From Marinibactrum halimedae (lineage in GTDB: Bacteria; Pseudomonadota; Gammaproteobacteria; Pseudomonadales; Cellvibrionaceae), in NCBI RefSeq assembly GCF_021234875.1, contig NZ_JAJQVM010000003.1, positions 83,541 to 147,540 on the forward strand: a DNA stretch of 64,000 bases, in the 5' to 3' direction. Each line of letters starts with the position of its first letter. Positions within the stretch are counted from its first letter, which is position 1. The notes beneath the pieces are model-generated. The model had not been told where the DNA came from, did not search any database, and saw only the letters and a list, made by a program, of their open reading frames with translations. A program made the translations under genes and the position numbers. This document shows, piece after piece, positions 30,022 to 39,697 of the stretch.

Positions 30022-30082
30022 CGGAAGGCTGTGCCTTCCGGTGAATGAGAGAAACCCCGGTTGGCAACAATCGGGGTTTTTT
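30022..30082 (+). terminator. double hairpin plus U-tract (sRNA 3'-end-like)
   Basis: An 8-bp stem (CCGGAAGGC tgt GCCTTCCGG) is followed by a 9-bp stem with a GNRA loop (CCCCGGTTG gcaa CAATCGGGG) and then TTTTTT. No protein gene lies upstream on this strand for about 1 kb. Confidence 0.55.
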
Positions 30083-30227
30083 ATGTTCAGGATGAACGGT
30101 ATGCCTTGAGCGCATGGATGCGCAGGAGCGGCTCTGTTCAGAATGAATGGTATACCGTGGGCTAGGGCAAAAACATACTTTTTACCCAACCGGGAACGCC
30201 AGTTTAGCAACCAGTAGGAGTAATGAG

Positions 30228-30785
30228 ATGGGCAGAATCTTGCGCTTAGATATCTCCGGTACACCAACTTCTTGGCTTTCGCGGGAAGAAGCGGCCGTTT
30301 TATATGTCAAAAATTTGGTGCAGTGGGAAGTTGGAGATAAAAGTTTAGTTATCTTCGGAGGAACAAACCGATTCACCGGAAAACAATCTTCGTTGAAAAT
30401 CAGTCCAGTTATTGCCACTCGAGGTGATTCACATCGAAAAAAATTGGTTTCTGGGTTTAATAATCGAATGCTATTTCGCCGAGATAATTATCATTGTATG
30501 TACTGCGGTGACAAATTTAGTCATGCAGAATTGACGCGAGATCACGTAGTACCGCGTGCACAAGGAGGGTTAGATATTTGGGAAAATGTTGTTGCGGCTT
30601 GTGGAAAGTGCAATCACTTTAAAGCAGACCGAACACCTGAGCAAGCGGGTATGAAGTTACTAGCCATACCTTTTAGGCCAAATATATTTGAATCCATGTA
30701 CTTGGCACAACACACAATATTAGCGGATCAAATGGAATATTTGGAAAAACAATTTTCAGGTAAAAGGATTTGGAAAGCGGCGTAA
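30228..30785 (+). CDS. HNH endonuclease
   Basis: C-terminal HNH motif (YCG…RDHVVPRAQGG…N…CGKCNHFK). ATG at 30228 with an AGGAG RBS. Confidence 0.8.
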   Translation: MGRILRLDISGTPTSWLSREEAAVLYVKNLVQWEVGDKSLVIFGGTNRFTGKQSSLKISPVIATRGDSHRKKLVSGFNNRMLFRRDNYHCMYCGDKFSHAELTRDHVVPRAQGGLDIWENVVAACGKCNHFKADRTPEQAGMKLLAIPFRPNIFESMYLAQHTILADQMEYLEKQFSGKRIWKAA

Positions 30786-30918
30786 ATTTTCTACGTCGTA
30801 TTCCATACAGAAGTTTATATCTTCGCCGAGAGTTAGCGGAACTGGTTCTGTATACCAGTCTGGCACAAGCGTTACTAACGTATTGTGTACCAATTCGAAA
30901 GCGGGAATAAACTGGATG

Positions 30919-30995
30919 GTTTTTGTAGCTCATTTGGGTAGAGCAATAGACTCATAATCTATCGGTAGCGGGTTCGATTCCCGTCAAAAACACCA
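30919..30995 (+). tRNA. tRNA-Met-like (anticodon CAT) with an unusual all-A/U acceptor stem
   Basis: Hand-folded cloverleaf: acceptor GUUUUUG/CAAAAAC, D-arm GCUC-AUUUGGGUA-GAGC, anticodon stem AUAGA/UCUAU with loop CUCAUAA, T-arm GCGGG-UUCGAUU-CCCGU, discriminator A, encoded CCA. Confidence 0.7.
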
Positions 30996-31038
30996 TGTCG
31001 TCTCCAAAACGACTCTTATGGTAATGGTCGAGAGACCT

Positions 31039-31063
31039 TGAGGTTCGAATCCTCACAAGACTT
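31039..31063 (+). other. tRNA 3'-fragment-like element (T-arm plus acceptor 3' strand, no 5' half)
   Basis: TGAGG-TTCGAAT-CCTCA followed by CAAGACT. No complementary 5' acceptor strand could be found upstream. Confidence 0.3.
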
Positions 31064-31421
31064 TCACTCTTGTTTAAAAATCTACAAGAGGCCCATGGTC
31101 TTGAATTGTGTTAACCAGCCGCAAATGGGGTTCGTTCAACACATGAAGATTTTGCTCCATACAAAATCTGTATTTCCACCATCTGTGGTGGTCATCAAGA
31201 CGCCGACAATACAGCCGGGTTAGATGGATCGAATCAGCACGATGACATTGTATGAATGGAATGTGTTTATACACCACATCAATAGATAAGAATGATTGTT
31301 GGGTGAGTGATAAATAAATCCAATCCTCTGGAATGAATTCCTGCTGATTTCAAATTTGACCCCCCTGGATTCGAGGGTGGGCCTCGCCACATCTTTAAAT
31401 GATTAGGCAAAAGGATATACG

Positions 31422-32579
31422 ATGTTATTTTTTAAAACAGTGGATATTGCCGACAGTGAACGAGCCTTGCTCTTTGATCGAGATCGGCTACAAAAAGTAC
31501 TTGGTCCGGGTCGACACCGATTGTCTACCCTTGGGCGAGAGTTAAAAGTAGAAAAATTTGATATTACGTCAGTGCGTTTTGAACACCCGAAATTGAAATT
31601 TTTGGTGCGTCAATACCAAACACTTCTTGAAGACGCTATAGATGTGTTTGAACTAAATGATAACGAAGTGGGTATTATCTACCGAGATCAAAAAATCTCA
31701 GATATTTTACCTCCGGGTAATCTATTGGTGACTTGGAAAGGCGCTGAAGATGTTCGAGTGGATATCGTCGATATCACTAAAAACTATGCACTCAATGATG
31801 AGCTGGTTGCACTCTTAGGTCGAGGCGTAAAAATCGGTGCAAGTCGACAAGTTGTCAATGCCATTAACTATGCAGAAGTACCAGATGAACATGTAGGTCT
31901 TCTTCAAGTGAACAGTAAGTTAGAAAGTGTACTGAAGACCGGTGCTTACGCTTTCTGGAAATACAATCGTTCAATCGTCGTTAAGCTGCTTGACTTGCGC
32001 GTACAGACCATCGATGTTAGCGGTCAGGAAATTTTGACTAAAGATCGTGTGAGCTTGCGTATTAACCTGTCCGCTAGTTACAACATTGTCGATCCGGAAG
32101 CCGTCGCACTAAAATTGAAAGACTATGCGAACTTTATTTATCTGGAGCTTCAGTTGCGATTGCGAGAAGCTGTGAGCACAAAAACGCTTGATGAATTACT
32201 TGAAGATAAAGATGCTCTGAATGCAGTTATCGCAAATGGCGCAAGTGAGAAGCTTTCCGAGTTTGGTATTCAATTGCGAAGAGTGGGTGTGAAAGACATT
32301 ATTCTACCCGGCGATATGAAAGTGATCTTAAATCAGGTGGTTGAAGCCCAAAAAGAAGCCGAAGCCAACGTCATTAAGCGACGAGAAGAAACTCAAGCTA
32401 TGCGATCACTACATAACACTGCGAAGGTAATGGAAAACAACCCAGTGTTATTACGATTGAAGGAGCTAGAGGCACTAGAACGAATCACTGCAAAAATCGA
32501 TAAGATTTCTGTTTACGGTGGCTTGGATAGCGTCCTAAATGACATGGTTAAGCTAGCGCCGTCCAAATCGGGTCAATAA
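31422..32579 (+). CDS. SPFH/band-7 domain protein (slipin/flotillin-like)
   Basis: Central SPFH core followed by a coiled-coil (…ILNQVVEAQKEAEANVIKRREETQAM…). Confidence 0.8.
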   Translation: MLFFKTVDIADSERALLFDRDRLQKVLGPGRHRLSTLGRELKVEKFDITSVRFEHPKLKFLVRQYQTLLEDAIDVFELNDNEVGIIYRDQKISDILPPGNLLVTWKGAEDVRVDIVDITKNYALNDELVALLGRGVKIGASRQVVNAINYAEVPDEHVGLLQVNSKLESVLKTGAYAFWKYNRSIVVKLLDLRVQTIDVSGQEILTKDRVSLRINLSASYNIVDPEAVALKLKDYANFIYLELQLRLREAVSTKTLDELLEDKDALNAVIANGASEKLSEFGIQLRRVGVKDIILPGDMKVILNQVVEAQKEAEANVIKRREETQAMRSLHNTAKVMENNPVLLRLKELEALERITAKIDKISVYGGLDSVLNDMVKLAPSKSGQ

Positions 32580-32796
32580 AACCTCCCGTTCGAAAGAGCG
32601 GGAGTTATGTGCTCGATTCTTTATTGCTGCAACTTTCTGAAAGCCGTTTTTCGATATTTCGCTGAATATTTCTTCCTTTGGCAGTTAACGCCCGCTTTGT
32701 GTTGGTTTGGGTCGCAGCGTAACGGAGGAGCCAGCCGCTTCGCGGCGAGAGTGCGGTTTCCCCCACTAATGTGGAGGTGGCTTCGGGATCGTCAAT

Positions 32797-33318
32797 TTAA
32801 TCTTCGGTATTCACCAACGCCGTTAATATATGATCTTCCCAGCGCCCATTGATATGTAAGTAACCTTGAGCGCGTCCTTCTATGGTAAATCCTAAGCGTT
32901 CTAATAAGGCAGCGGATCGATGATTTTTGGGCATATAATTGGCCATGATTCGATGTAACCCTAATTCACCAAAGGCGGATTGAATAACGTTCTGACAGAG
33001 CGTGTACATGATACCTTGCCCTTCATAGTCTTGATCAATGCCATAACCCATATAAGCGGCTCTAAATGGGCCATACACCATTTGTGATAGAGTGCAGTGG
33101 CCAACAATGTGTGGCAGCGATTCATCAATGGCAATGTAGTAGCATGATTTCATCTGTTGTTGTTCCGATAAGCAGCGATGTATTCGTTGCTGCCATTGTG
33201 CATTAGAGTGAAATCCATGCTCGCGTATGGGTTCCCATCGTCGAAAGTGATCATGATTGCGGCGATAATATTGCGCGAGCTGCTGCCAGTCGGAAGAGGT
33301 AATGATTCTATAGTTCAT
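32797..33318 (-). CDS. GNAT family N-acetyltransferase (RimJ/RimL-like)
   Basis: 173 aa with acetyl-CoA binding motifs (…QGIMYTLCQNVIQSAFGELGLHRI…). Confidence 0.8.
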   Translation of the reverse strand: MNYRIITSSDWQQLAQYYRRNHDHFRRWEPIREHGFHSNAQWQQRIHRCLSEQQQMKSCYYIAIDESLPHIVGHCTLSQMVYGPFRAAYMGYGIDQDYEGQGIMYTLCQNVIQSAFGELGLHRIMANYMPKNHRSAALLERLGFTIEGRAQGYLHINGRWEDHILTALVNTED

Positions 33319-33724
33319 GTAAAGGTAATGTCGTATCGGGCGGTCAGATTTATTTGTGTAGAAGGGGGAGGTGTCATATGGAAGTCCAAAATGTCATCTC
33401 TTTTAACGCCCTGGTCATTATGTCATTCACGCAAGGTCGCTTTGGGTGAGAAATAATTTGCCACATACTTAATTGTCCATACCTATCTTATTTGTCCATA
33501 CCCAGTTAATACAGTCTATGCCCTGATTACTATCCGCTGTGGCAGTAAGCAGTACGACAGGGAGAGAGAAAGCTCTATGACTATTATAGAGCGTGTCCTA
33601 ATTTCGCACGAATAAAACCCGCATTTTTAAAAATCATTATCCTATAATTCGGCATTGCAAAGTTTACGTTTTATGAATAAGCCCTTGAGAATGGGAAATT
33701 AAAGTGGATATGTAGGAGTAAGTA

Positions 33725-34222
33725 GTGACAGATTTACGTATTCGTCAAGCAATTCGGGAAGATGCGTCGACGATTTTGAATTTTATTACTGAACTAGCAC
33801 GGTACGAAAAAGCCGAAGCCAAAGTAAAGGCCTCTGTTTCGGATATTGAAGAGACCCTATTCGCAGAAGAGTCTCGGGTGGATGCATTGATTTGTGAAGA
33901 GAAAGGCGAACCCATTGGCTTTGCTGTGTATTTTTACAATTACTCTACGTGGCTTGGGAAGCTTGGGCTCTACTTGGAAGATTTGTATGTATCACCAGAG
34001 CACAGAGGAAAGCAGGCTGGAAAACTTTTATTAGAGTGTCTTGCAAAAATAGCTGTGGATGCCGGATGTGAGCGGTTCGAATGGAGTGTGTTGGATTGGA
34101 ATACACCCGCTATTGAATTTTATGAATCATTGGGCGCTCAATCTAAAAGCGAATGGATTGGTTATCAGTTATCCGGGGAGGCTTTAAAAGCGATGGCGGA
34201 TAGGGCTGAAGGCTTAAAGTAG
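33725..34222 (+). CDS. GNAT family N-acetyltransferase
   Basis: 165 aa with the core motif …YVSPEHRGKQAGKLLLE…. Confidence 0.8.
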   Translation: MTDLRIRQAIREDASTILNFITELARYEKAEAKVKASVSDIEETLFAEESRVDALICEEKGEPIGFAVYFYNYSTWLGKLGLYLEDLYVSPEHRGKQAGKLLLECLAKIAVDAGCERFEWSVLDWNTPAIEFYESLGAQSKSEWIGYQLSGEALKAMADRAEGLK

Positions 34223-34344
34223 ACGACCAAAGGTTGATTAGATAAACAATGATCAAAACTTTTGGATTAAAGGGGTAACTTTTCACCTGCCAGTTTCCTC
34301 GTTAGGCGCTGACAGGTGCAGTTTTTGTGAATTAGAATAGATGA

Positions 34345-35010
34345 TTATTTGACAAGCATAGTCTGAGCCCCTTTGACGAACGCTTCTTTATCTTCCATTT
34401 GCGAAGGGGGAATGGTAATGCCTTTCGCTGCGGCAGGGCGTTCAGCAATGGCGTTAATCCAGCGTTGTAAATGAGGTAAGTCATCGATCTCGACACCAGA
34501 CCATTGGTGAGTTCGCGCCCAGCACCAATTGGCCATATCGGCAATGCTGTATTCACCGACCAAGTATTCGTTATCTTTCAGTTGGGTATCCAAAACCGTC
34601 AGTAATCGTTTGGCTTCCTTTTGGTAGCGTTCAATAGCTTCAGGAATTTTGGTGGGAAAATATCGATAAAAAACATTAGCCTGTCCCATCATCGGACCGA
34701 CTCCCCCCATTTGGAACATTAGCCATTGTAGAACTTGTGATCTTGCTTGTGTTGTAGTGGGTAAAAACTGCCCTGTTTTTTCTGATAAATAAATAAGGAT
34801 GGCCCCGGATTCAAATACAGCGAAATTGTCTCTTTCTTGATCCACAATGGCTGGAATTCGCCCATTAGGGCAAATCTTGAGAAATTCAGGCTGTTTCTGT
34901 TCGCCCTTCATTAAGTCGATGGTGTGCGGTTCATAGGGCAGTGCCATTTCTTCGAGGGCTACACTGATTTTATGCCCATTCGGAGTGGCAGCGGAATACA
35001 GTTCAATCAT
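34345..35010 (-). CDS. glutathione S-transferase, YfcG-like
   Basis: [21 protein letters not shown]… N-terminal thioredoxin-like fold and a GST C-terminal domain. Confidence 0.8.
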   Translation of the reverse strand: MIELYSAATPNGHKISVALEEMALPYEPHTIDLMKGEQKQPEFLKICPNGRIPAIVDQERDNFAVFESGAILIYLSEKTGQFLPTTTQARSQVLQWLMFQMGGVGPMMGQANVFYRYFPTKIPEAIERYQKEAKRLLTVLDTQLKDNEYLVGEYSIADMANWCWARTHQWSGVEIDDLPHLQRWINAIAERPAAAKGITIPPSQMEDKEAFVKGAQTMLVK

Positions 35011-35110
35011 TGATGACTCCAATACGTACATCAGGTTGGTTTGGTACTGCTAATGTCATTGGTAAGTCTATTGAAGCATGGCATTTTTACGTTTTTATGC
35101 TTATTGGCTT

Positions 35111-35725
35111 TTACACACTCACTGAAGGGCGTTGTTTCATGTTTTTATACCAACGTAGTAAGTGTGGAAAAGACTCGTCCTTATCAATACGAATATTAAT
35201 TACTTTGGCAAAGTCGATTGCACAGAAAAGATTAATATCGGCGATGCTAAAATAATTATCGACTAAATATGGATTGCTGGCTAAATGATCATTCAGTTCG
35301 ATGAGGTACTGTTTAGCATTGTCACCACACACTTCCCCCCAACTGGGTACAGGTGTCATTCGGTCTTTAAAATAACCGGTGGTATGTTGAAAACACATAC
35401 CGACAGGCATCATCATATGGAATTCGACTCGGCGTGCCCACATTTCAACTTGGGCTTTCTCCAAAGGTGTTCGACCAAAAAGGGGAGGCTCAGGCTGGAT
35501 TTCTTCAAAGTAACGGCAAATGGCGACTGTTTCACCAATGAAGGTTCCATCATCCAACTCTAGAAAAGGAATTTTAGTGGTTGGGTTTTTCTTACGCATT
35601 TCTGGAGTCAAATTTTCTCCAGCAGCAAGATCGAGCTGTACATAAGTCATATCAATCTGCTTTTCAGCCAGAAAGATTCTAACCCGGCGTGGATTAGGTG
35701 CTTGCCGAGATTCGTAAATCTTCAT
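35111..35725 (-). CDS. glutathione S-transferase
   Basis: MKIYESRQAPNPRRVRIFLAEK… GST N- and C-domains. Confidence 0.8.
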   Translation of the reverse strand: MKIYESRQAPNPRRVRIFLAEKQIDMTYVQLDLAAGENLTPEMRKKNPTTKIPFLELDDGTFIGETVAICRYFEEIQPEPPLFGRTPLEKAQVEMWARRVEFHMMMPVGMCFQHTTGYFKDRMTPVPSWGEVCGDNAKQYLIELNDHLASNPYLVDNYFSIADINLFCAIDFAKVINIRIDKDESFPHLLRWYKNMKQRPSVSV

Positions 35726-36617
35726 GGTATTCCTCGTTGTTGTCGTTATTGATTCAGCATCATGAGTCAAAGTATAGGGGGTATCCAGTTACTGTTTAAA
35801 CGCTTCCGTTTTTACTAAGTTGAAATTCATGGGATGAACTTCGACTGAGTATTAAATGATCATATTTTTAGATGCTGCTATTACTTCATTTTTAACGTCA
35901 TGTTGTTTTCCGCGCCAATGCCTGTTTTTTCATAAGGACAATTTATGAAAAAACAGGTTTTTACTGCTGAACTATCTAGATAAAATGGTTTCATATGATT
36001 GTTTTGTTATAAAATAGAGAGCTAAATGACGCAGAGGTTTCTCGGATACGAAATGGTCGTTGTTGTCAGTTGATGATTTATAAAAACTGTAAAATTTATT
36101 TATACATAAGCAATGTCAGTGATATGCCTGTGCATATAATATGGCTTTTTTGTTTGTTTTTTAGTCTTTTGGGTGTGATGAAAGAATGAATGAGTTAAGT
36201 TATGTAAATTTTTCTGATTAAAGTTTTTTTTAATAATTTTGTCATAATATGTTGCTTCTTTACGTACTGCGTGGGTGAGTTTCTCGTTGACCCGCCGCTA
36301 TTTTTCATTTTTTTTGGTTTTTTTATGTACATTAATTAAGATGTGTATTATTTTTGTTGATACTGAGATTAATGGTTGCAGTTTGCGCCATTTTGCGTAA
36401 ATAATTTCACAGAATAAAAAAAACGTTCCTGTTTTCGCTTCAAGTAGCGTGAAATCTTACTTGTTGTGTGTTAGCCGGTGACGTTTGATAATTAATGATA
36501 ACGAGAAATGGATTTTGCTCTTGATACTTCATCGACTTGATACTTTTCGAAGAATTGGAAGAGCATGTTAAATACATGAGAGAAAAATAAAATCATGGAA
36601 ATTGGGGTGTACTGTTC

Positions 36618-37073
36618 ATGTCTATAGAAAATGCAACTGCTGAATTAACGTTAAATCAATATTTGCCACATATTATGGCGAATATTTCCAAAAGAATTAG
36701 TGACAATTGTTCGCATATTTACAGTCGGGATACAAATATTTCTGTTCCTGAATGGCGAGTCATGTCACGGGTCGCTGAGAATCCTGGCATTAATTCGAAG
36801 AATATCGGTGAAATTACACTTATGGATAAGTCCAAAGTGTCACGAGCCGTGAAATCTTTGGAGGAGAAGCATTTGCTTATCCGGGAAAAATCGTGTGATG
36901 ATAACCGCGTGAGCAACTTGTGTTTGACCGAACGTGGCTTACATATGTATCAAGAAATTGCGCCTAAGGCACTGTCTTGGGAAAATAATTTATTGACTGC
37001 ATTGAGTGATTCTGAATATCAAGATTTATTGAGAATCTTAGATAAGCTAGATGAGCGTTTGCGGGTAATGTAA
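36618..37073 (+). CDS. MarR family transcriptional regulator
   Basis: Winged-HTH MarR core (…EWRVMSRVAENPGINSKNIGEITLMDKSKVSRAVKSLEEKHLL…). Preceded by an AT-rich leader of about 850 bp. Confidence 0.8.
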   Translation: MSIENATAELTLNQYLPHIMANISKRISDNCSHIYSRDTNISVPEWRVMSRVAENPGINSKNIGEITLMDKSKVSRAVKSLEEKHLLIREKSCDDNRVSNLCLTERGLHMYQEIAPKALSWENNLLTALSDSEYQDLLRILDKLDERLRVM

Positions 37074-37161
37074 TCGATTTTCTTCGATTTTATTACTGAC
37101 TATTTATCATATAGGTTACTGCGCTGATAAGTAGTAGACTCAGTGTCTTTGGGTCTGTCGC

Positions 37162-37196
37162 ATTATGGGGGGGGCTTCCCCCCCATAATTTATTTT
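37162..37196 (+). terminator. Rho-independent terminator after marR (perfect 12-bp stem, G7/C7 core)
   Basis: ATTATGGGGGGG gctt CCCCCCCATAAT followed by TTATTTT. Confidence 0.6.
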
Positions 37197-37476
37197 CCTC
37201 TTTTCGTTTGCTCATCTCATATTTATTGTTACTCACAGTGTTTGAATTCACAGAAGACATCATTAGTGAGCCCTTTGTTTTTATCTGTTTTATTCCTGCT
37301 TTTAATCCCCATATTTTTTGATCGTGTTTGCTCTTTTCTTGGGTTACCGTTATGGAATTCTGCGCCTTAAGGGTATGTTGATAAGAATCGAGATGAGGAT
37401 GCTACACTTGGGTGGGGCATTGAGCTTGTGAGAGTAAAAGCAGATTAGGCTAAAAAAGCCATAAAAGAGGTGCTAA

Positions 37477-38223
37477 ATGAATATTGGCTTAGTGATTGTC
37501 GGAGATGAAATTTTAAGCGGTCGACGAGTTGATAAGCATTTACCAACATTGATTGAGCTTCTGAAGAGTCGCGGCCTAACCCTAAGCTGGATGCGAGTGG
37601 TGTCTGATGACCCGGCCTTATTGGTAAAAACTTATCAAGATACTTTTGCTTCTGGTGATATCGTGTTCAGTACGGGAGGGATTGGTGGAACGCCTGATGA
37701 TATGACCCGTCAGGCGGCAGGCAAGGCGTTAGGTATAGAGCTTCAGTACCATCCTGAAGGGTTGGAAATACTAGAGGTTTTTGCGAAAGAAAGAAACCGT
37801 ACCTTAGAAGGGCATCATTATCGTATGGTTGAATTCCCTGTGGGCTCTCAGCTTATCCCTAACCCTATTAACCGTATTCCGGGTTTTTTTCTACGTAATC
37901 ATTTCTTTATGCCTGGTTTTCCTGAAATGGCGGCACCGATGATGGAATGGGTGTTGGATAATCACTGCAGTCATTTAGTGGACAATCAATATGTCGAACA
38001 GGCATTGATGGTATTTGACACCTATGAAAGTAAGGTGACGCCTATCATGGAGGCGGTGTTGACGGCTCACCCCTCTTTAAAATTGTTCAGTTTACCGATT
38101 ATGAGTGAAGATAATCCACGTATTGAATTAGGGGTTAAAGGGCATTTAACAGAAGTAAAATTAGCAATGGTTTTGCTTAAGGAAAAACTGCAGGCAATTG
38201 ATGCCCGTTGGGAGCGATTGTAA
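37477..38223 (+). CDS. CinA-N / MoCF-biosynthesis-domain protein (molybdopterin-binding fold, YfaY-like)
   Basis: IVGDEILSGRRVDKHLP… and …FSTGGIGGTPDD… are MoaB/MogA/CinA-N signatures. Confidence 0.7.
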   Translation: MNIGLVIVGDEILSGRRVDKHLPTLIELLKSRGLTLSWMRVVSDDPALLVKTYQDTFASGDIVFSTGGIGGTPDDMTRQAAGKALGIELQYHPEGLEILEVFAKERNRTLEGHHYRMVEFPVGSQLIPNPINRIPGFFLRNHFFMPGFPEMAAPMMEWVLDNHCSHLVDNQYVEQALMVFDTYESKVTPIMEAVLTAHPSLKLFSLPIMSEDNPRIELGVKGHLTEVKLAMVLLKEKLQAIDARWERL

Positions 38224-38315
38224 GGTAAATTCAACGCCACCTTTAGAGCCTCTAACCTTTAGAGGTGATAGAGGGAGATAGGTGGCGTCAAAAATTTCTT
38301 GTGTTTTATTGTGGA

Positions 38316-39563
38316 TTAAAAGGACATTCCTACCCATGCCCAAAGCCTATCGGTATCAACGCCAAAATCATCGGCACTGTATGACGCATATTTAAATCCT
38401 ACATCGTAATGTTTACCGAATTTCATAACGTATTGAAGGTTCCATTCTGTACCATAATCTGACATACCCGCTGAATCTTCATCTGCTTCAAACGTATGGT
38501 AAATTACATTCAATTTACCAGGGCCTAATTTACTGCCAATATTGACATGTGTATCGACTAGGCCGGTTCCTGGTGTGTTGAGAAATAAATCTGCCCAACC
38601 ATTAAATTTGTGCAAGGTGGCCAGAGGTGTTGAAAATCCATAGGCGCCATCATCCGATCCTAATAGCTCGTAACCAAGCTTGGCAGTAATGCCATAAACG
38701 GATACACCCCCTTCAAGAAATAAATAATCAGCTTCAAAGTCAGTGTCGGTTTCTTGTGTTGCGTATTCTGCGGCATAGAGAAAGCTGACGTTATCGGCTT
38801 TTACTTTTCCGTTTAGGCTTACACCAACGGTGTCAAGTTCGGAATTGTTGTCTTCATTCTCAAGCAGATAAGCATACCCTTTGATTGTGCCAATAGGGGT
38901 TTTAAAGGAGCCATTAAGAATGTGATCTTCAGAGTCAATATCCGCAGCTTCCGCAAAAATGCGGTTGCGTTTATCGAGATAGCCGTAGGTTAATTTAATG
39001 CTGTCATTTGGGCTGTAAACTGCGGTAAGCCCATCAAAGGTTTGCCAGTCTTGACGCCATCCTACATGCCCAACAAAGCGGTGATTATCCAATGCAATAA
39101 TTTGGCGTCCCATTTTAGCGGTTAAACCATTATTGCTGTATTTGATGAAAGCTTGATTGACTTCTGTCACTTCAGGGTCAGCAATGACCGAATATTCCCC
39201 CACGTTATACCCGGCAGGGCCAACGCTGTAATCGCCCAATCCGAAGACTTGTCGTACATCTTCAAATTCTATCGTTGCTGAAAAGCCATTCATGTTGGCA
39301 GAGTTATAACCAAGCATGGTGCGTAAAGTAAGTGCATCTGCGTCTTCTAGAGGATTATCTTGTTCGGCAGATTCATATCGAAGATTGAGTTTTCCGTAAG
39401 CTTCGCCATCGGCCAGGAGTTTATGAAAGTTGTCTTCTGCATTGGTGGTGTTAGCACAGAAAATCAGACTGGCACCAATGACTGAGCACAATGTTGCCGC
39501 GCATTGGGAATTGACGCGTTGAAAAGTCGTACGTTGACAAGTGGCACGTTGAAAAACAGCCAT
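38316..39563 (-). CDS. outer-membrane porin (putative anion-specific), first gene of the ABC-transporter operon
   Basis: Signal peptide, beta-rich sequence, terminal aromatic (…WVGMSF). Co-oriented directly downstream of the ABC genes. Confidence 0.6.
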   Translation of the reverse strand: MAVFQRATCQRTTFQRVNSQCAATLCSVIGASLIFCANTTNAEDNFHKLLADGEAYGKLNLRYESAEQDNPLEDADALTLRTMLGYNSANMNGFSATIEFEDVRQVFGLGDYSVGPAGYNVGEYSVIADPEVTEVNQAFIKYSNNGLTAKMGRQIIALDNHRFVGHVGWRQDWQTFDGLTAVYSPNDSIKLTYGYLDKRNRIFAEAADIDSEDHILNGSFKTPIGTIKGYAYLLENEDNNSELDTVGVSLNGKVKADNVSFLYAAEYATQETDTDFEADYLFLEGGVSVYGITAKLGYELLGSDDGAYGFSTPLATLHKFNGWADLFLNTPGTGLVDTHVNIGSKLGPGKLNVIYHTFEADEDSAGMSDYGTEWNLQYVMKFGKHYDVGFKYASYSADDFGVDTDRLWAWVGMSF

Positions 39564-39697
39564 GGTGGTCTCCTCGATTATGGTAAAACTGTAATTGCTG
39601 AGTCAGTGTGAGTTATTCTTGCTCAATTCAGTTGCTTGTGTTGTTGCTAATATCGGTTGCTAATATTGGTTGGTACTTTTTTAGCGCTTGCTCGAGG

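Noticed and set aside
29908-30267. 119-aa minus-strand ORF
   Set aside because: It overlaps the double-hairpin terminator and the 5' end and RBS of the HNH endonuclease gene on the other strand, and has no supporting features.
30996-31075. A second full-length tRNA immediately after the tRNA-Met
   Set aside because: Only a T-arm and 3' acceptor strand could be folded. No complementary 5' acceptor strand or D-arm exists at the required distance, so it is reported as a fragment only.
22000-31400. Calling the 22-31 kb segment a defined integrative element
   Set aside because: No integrase, transposase or matching direct repeats were found in the window. The island interpretation rests only on gene content, an odd tRNA and a tRNA fragment, so it stays a hypothesis.
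37143-37370. 75-aa ORF downstream of marR
   Set aside because: It spans the G7/C7 terminator palindrome (which encodes …YGGGFPP…) and a T-rich tract, and has no RBS.
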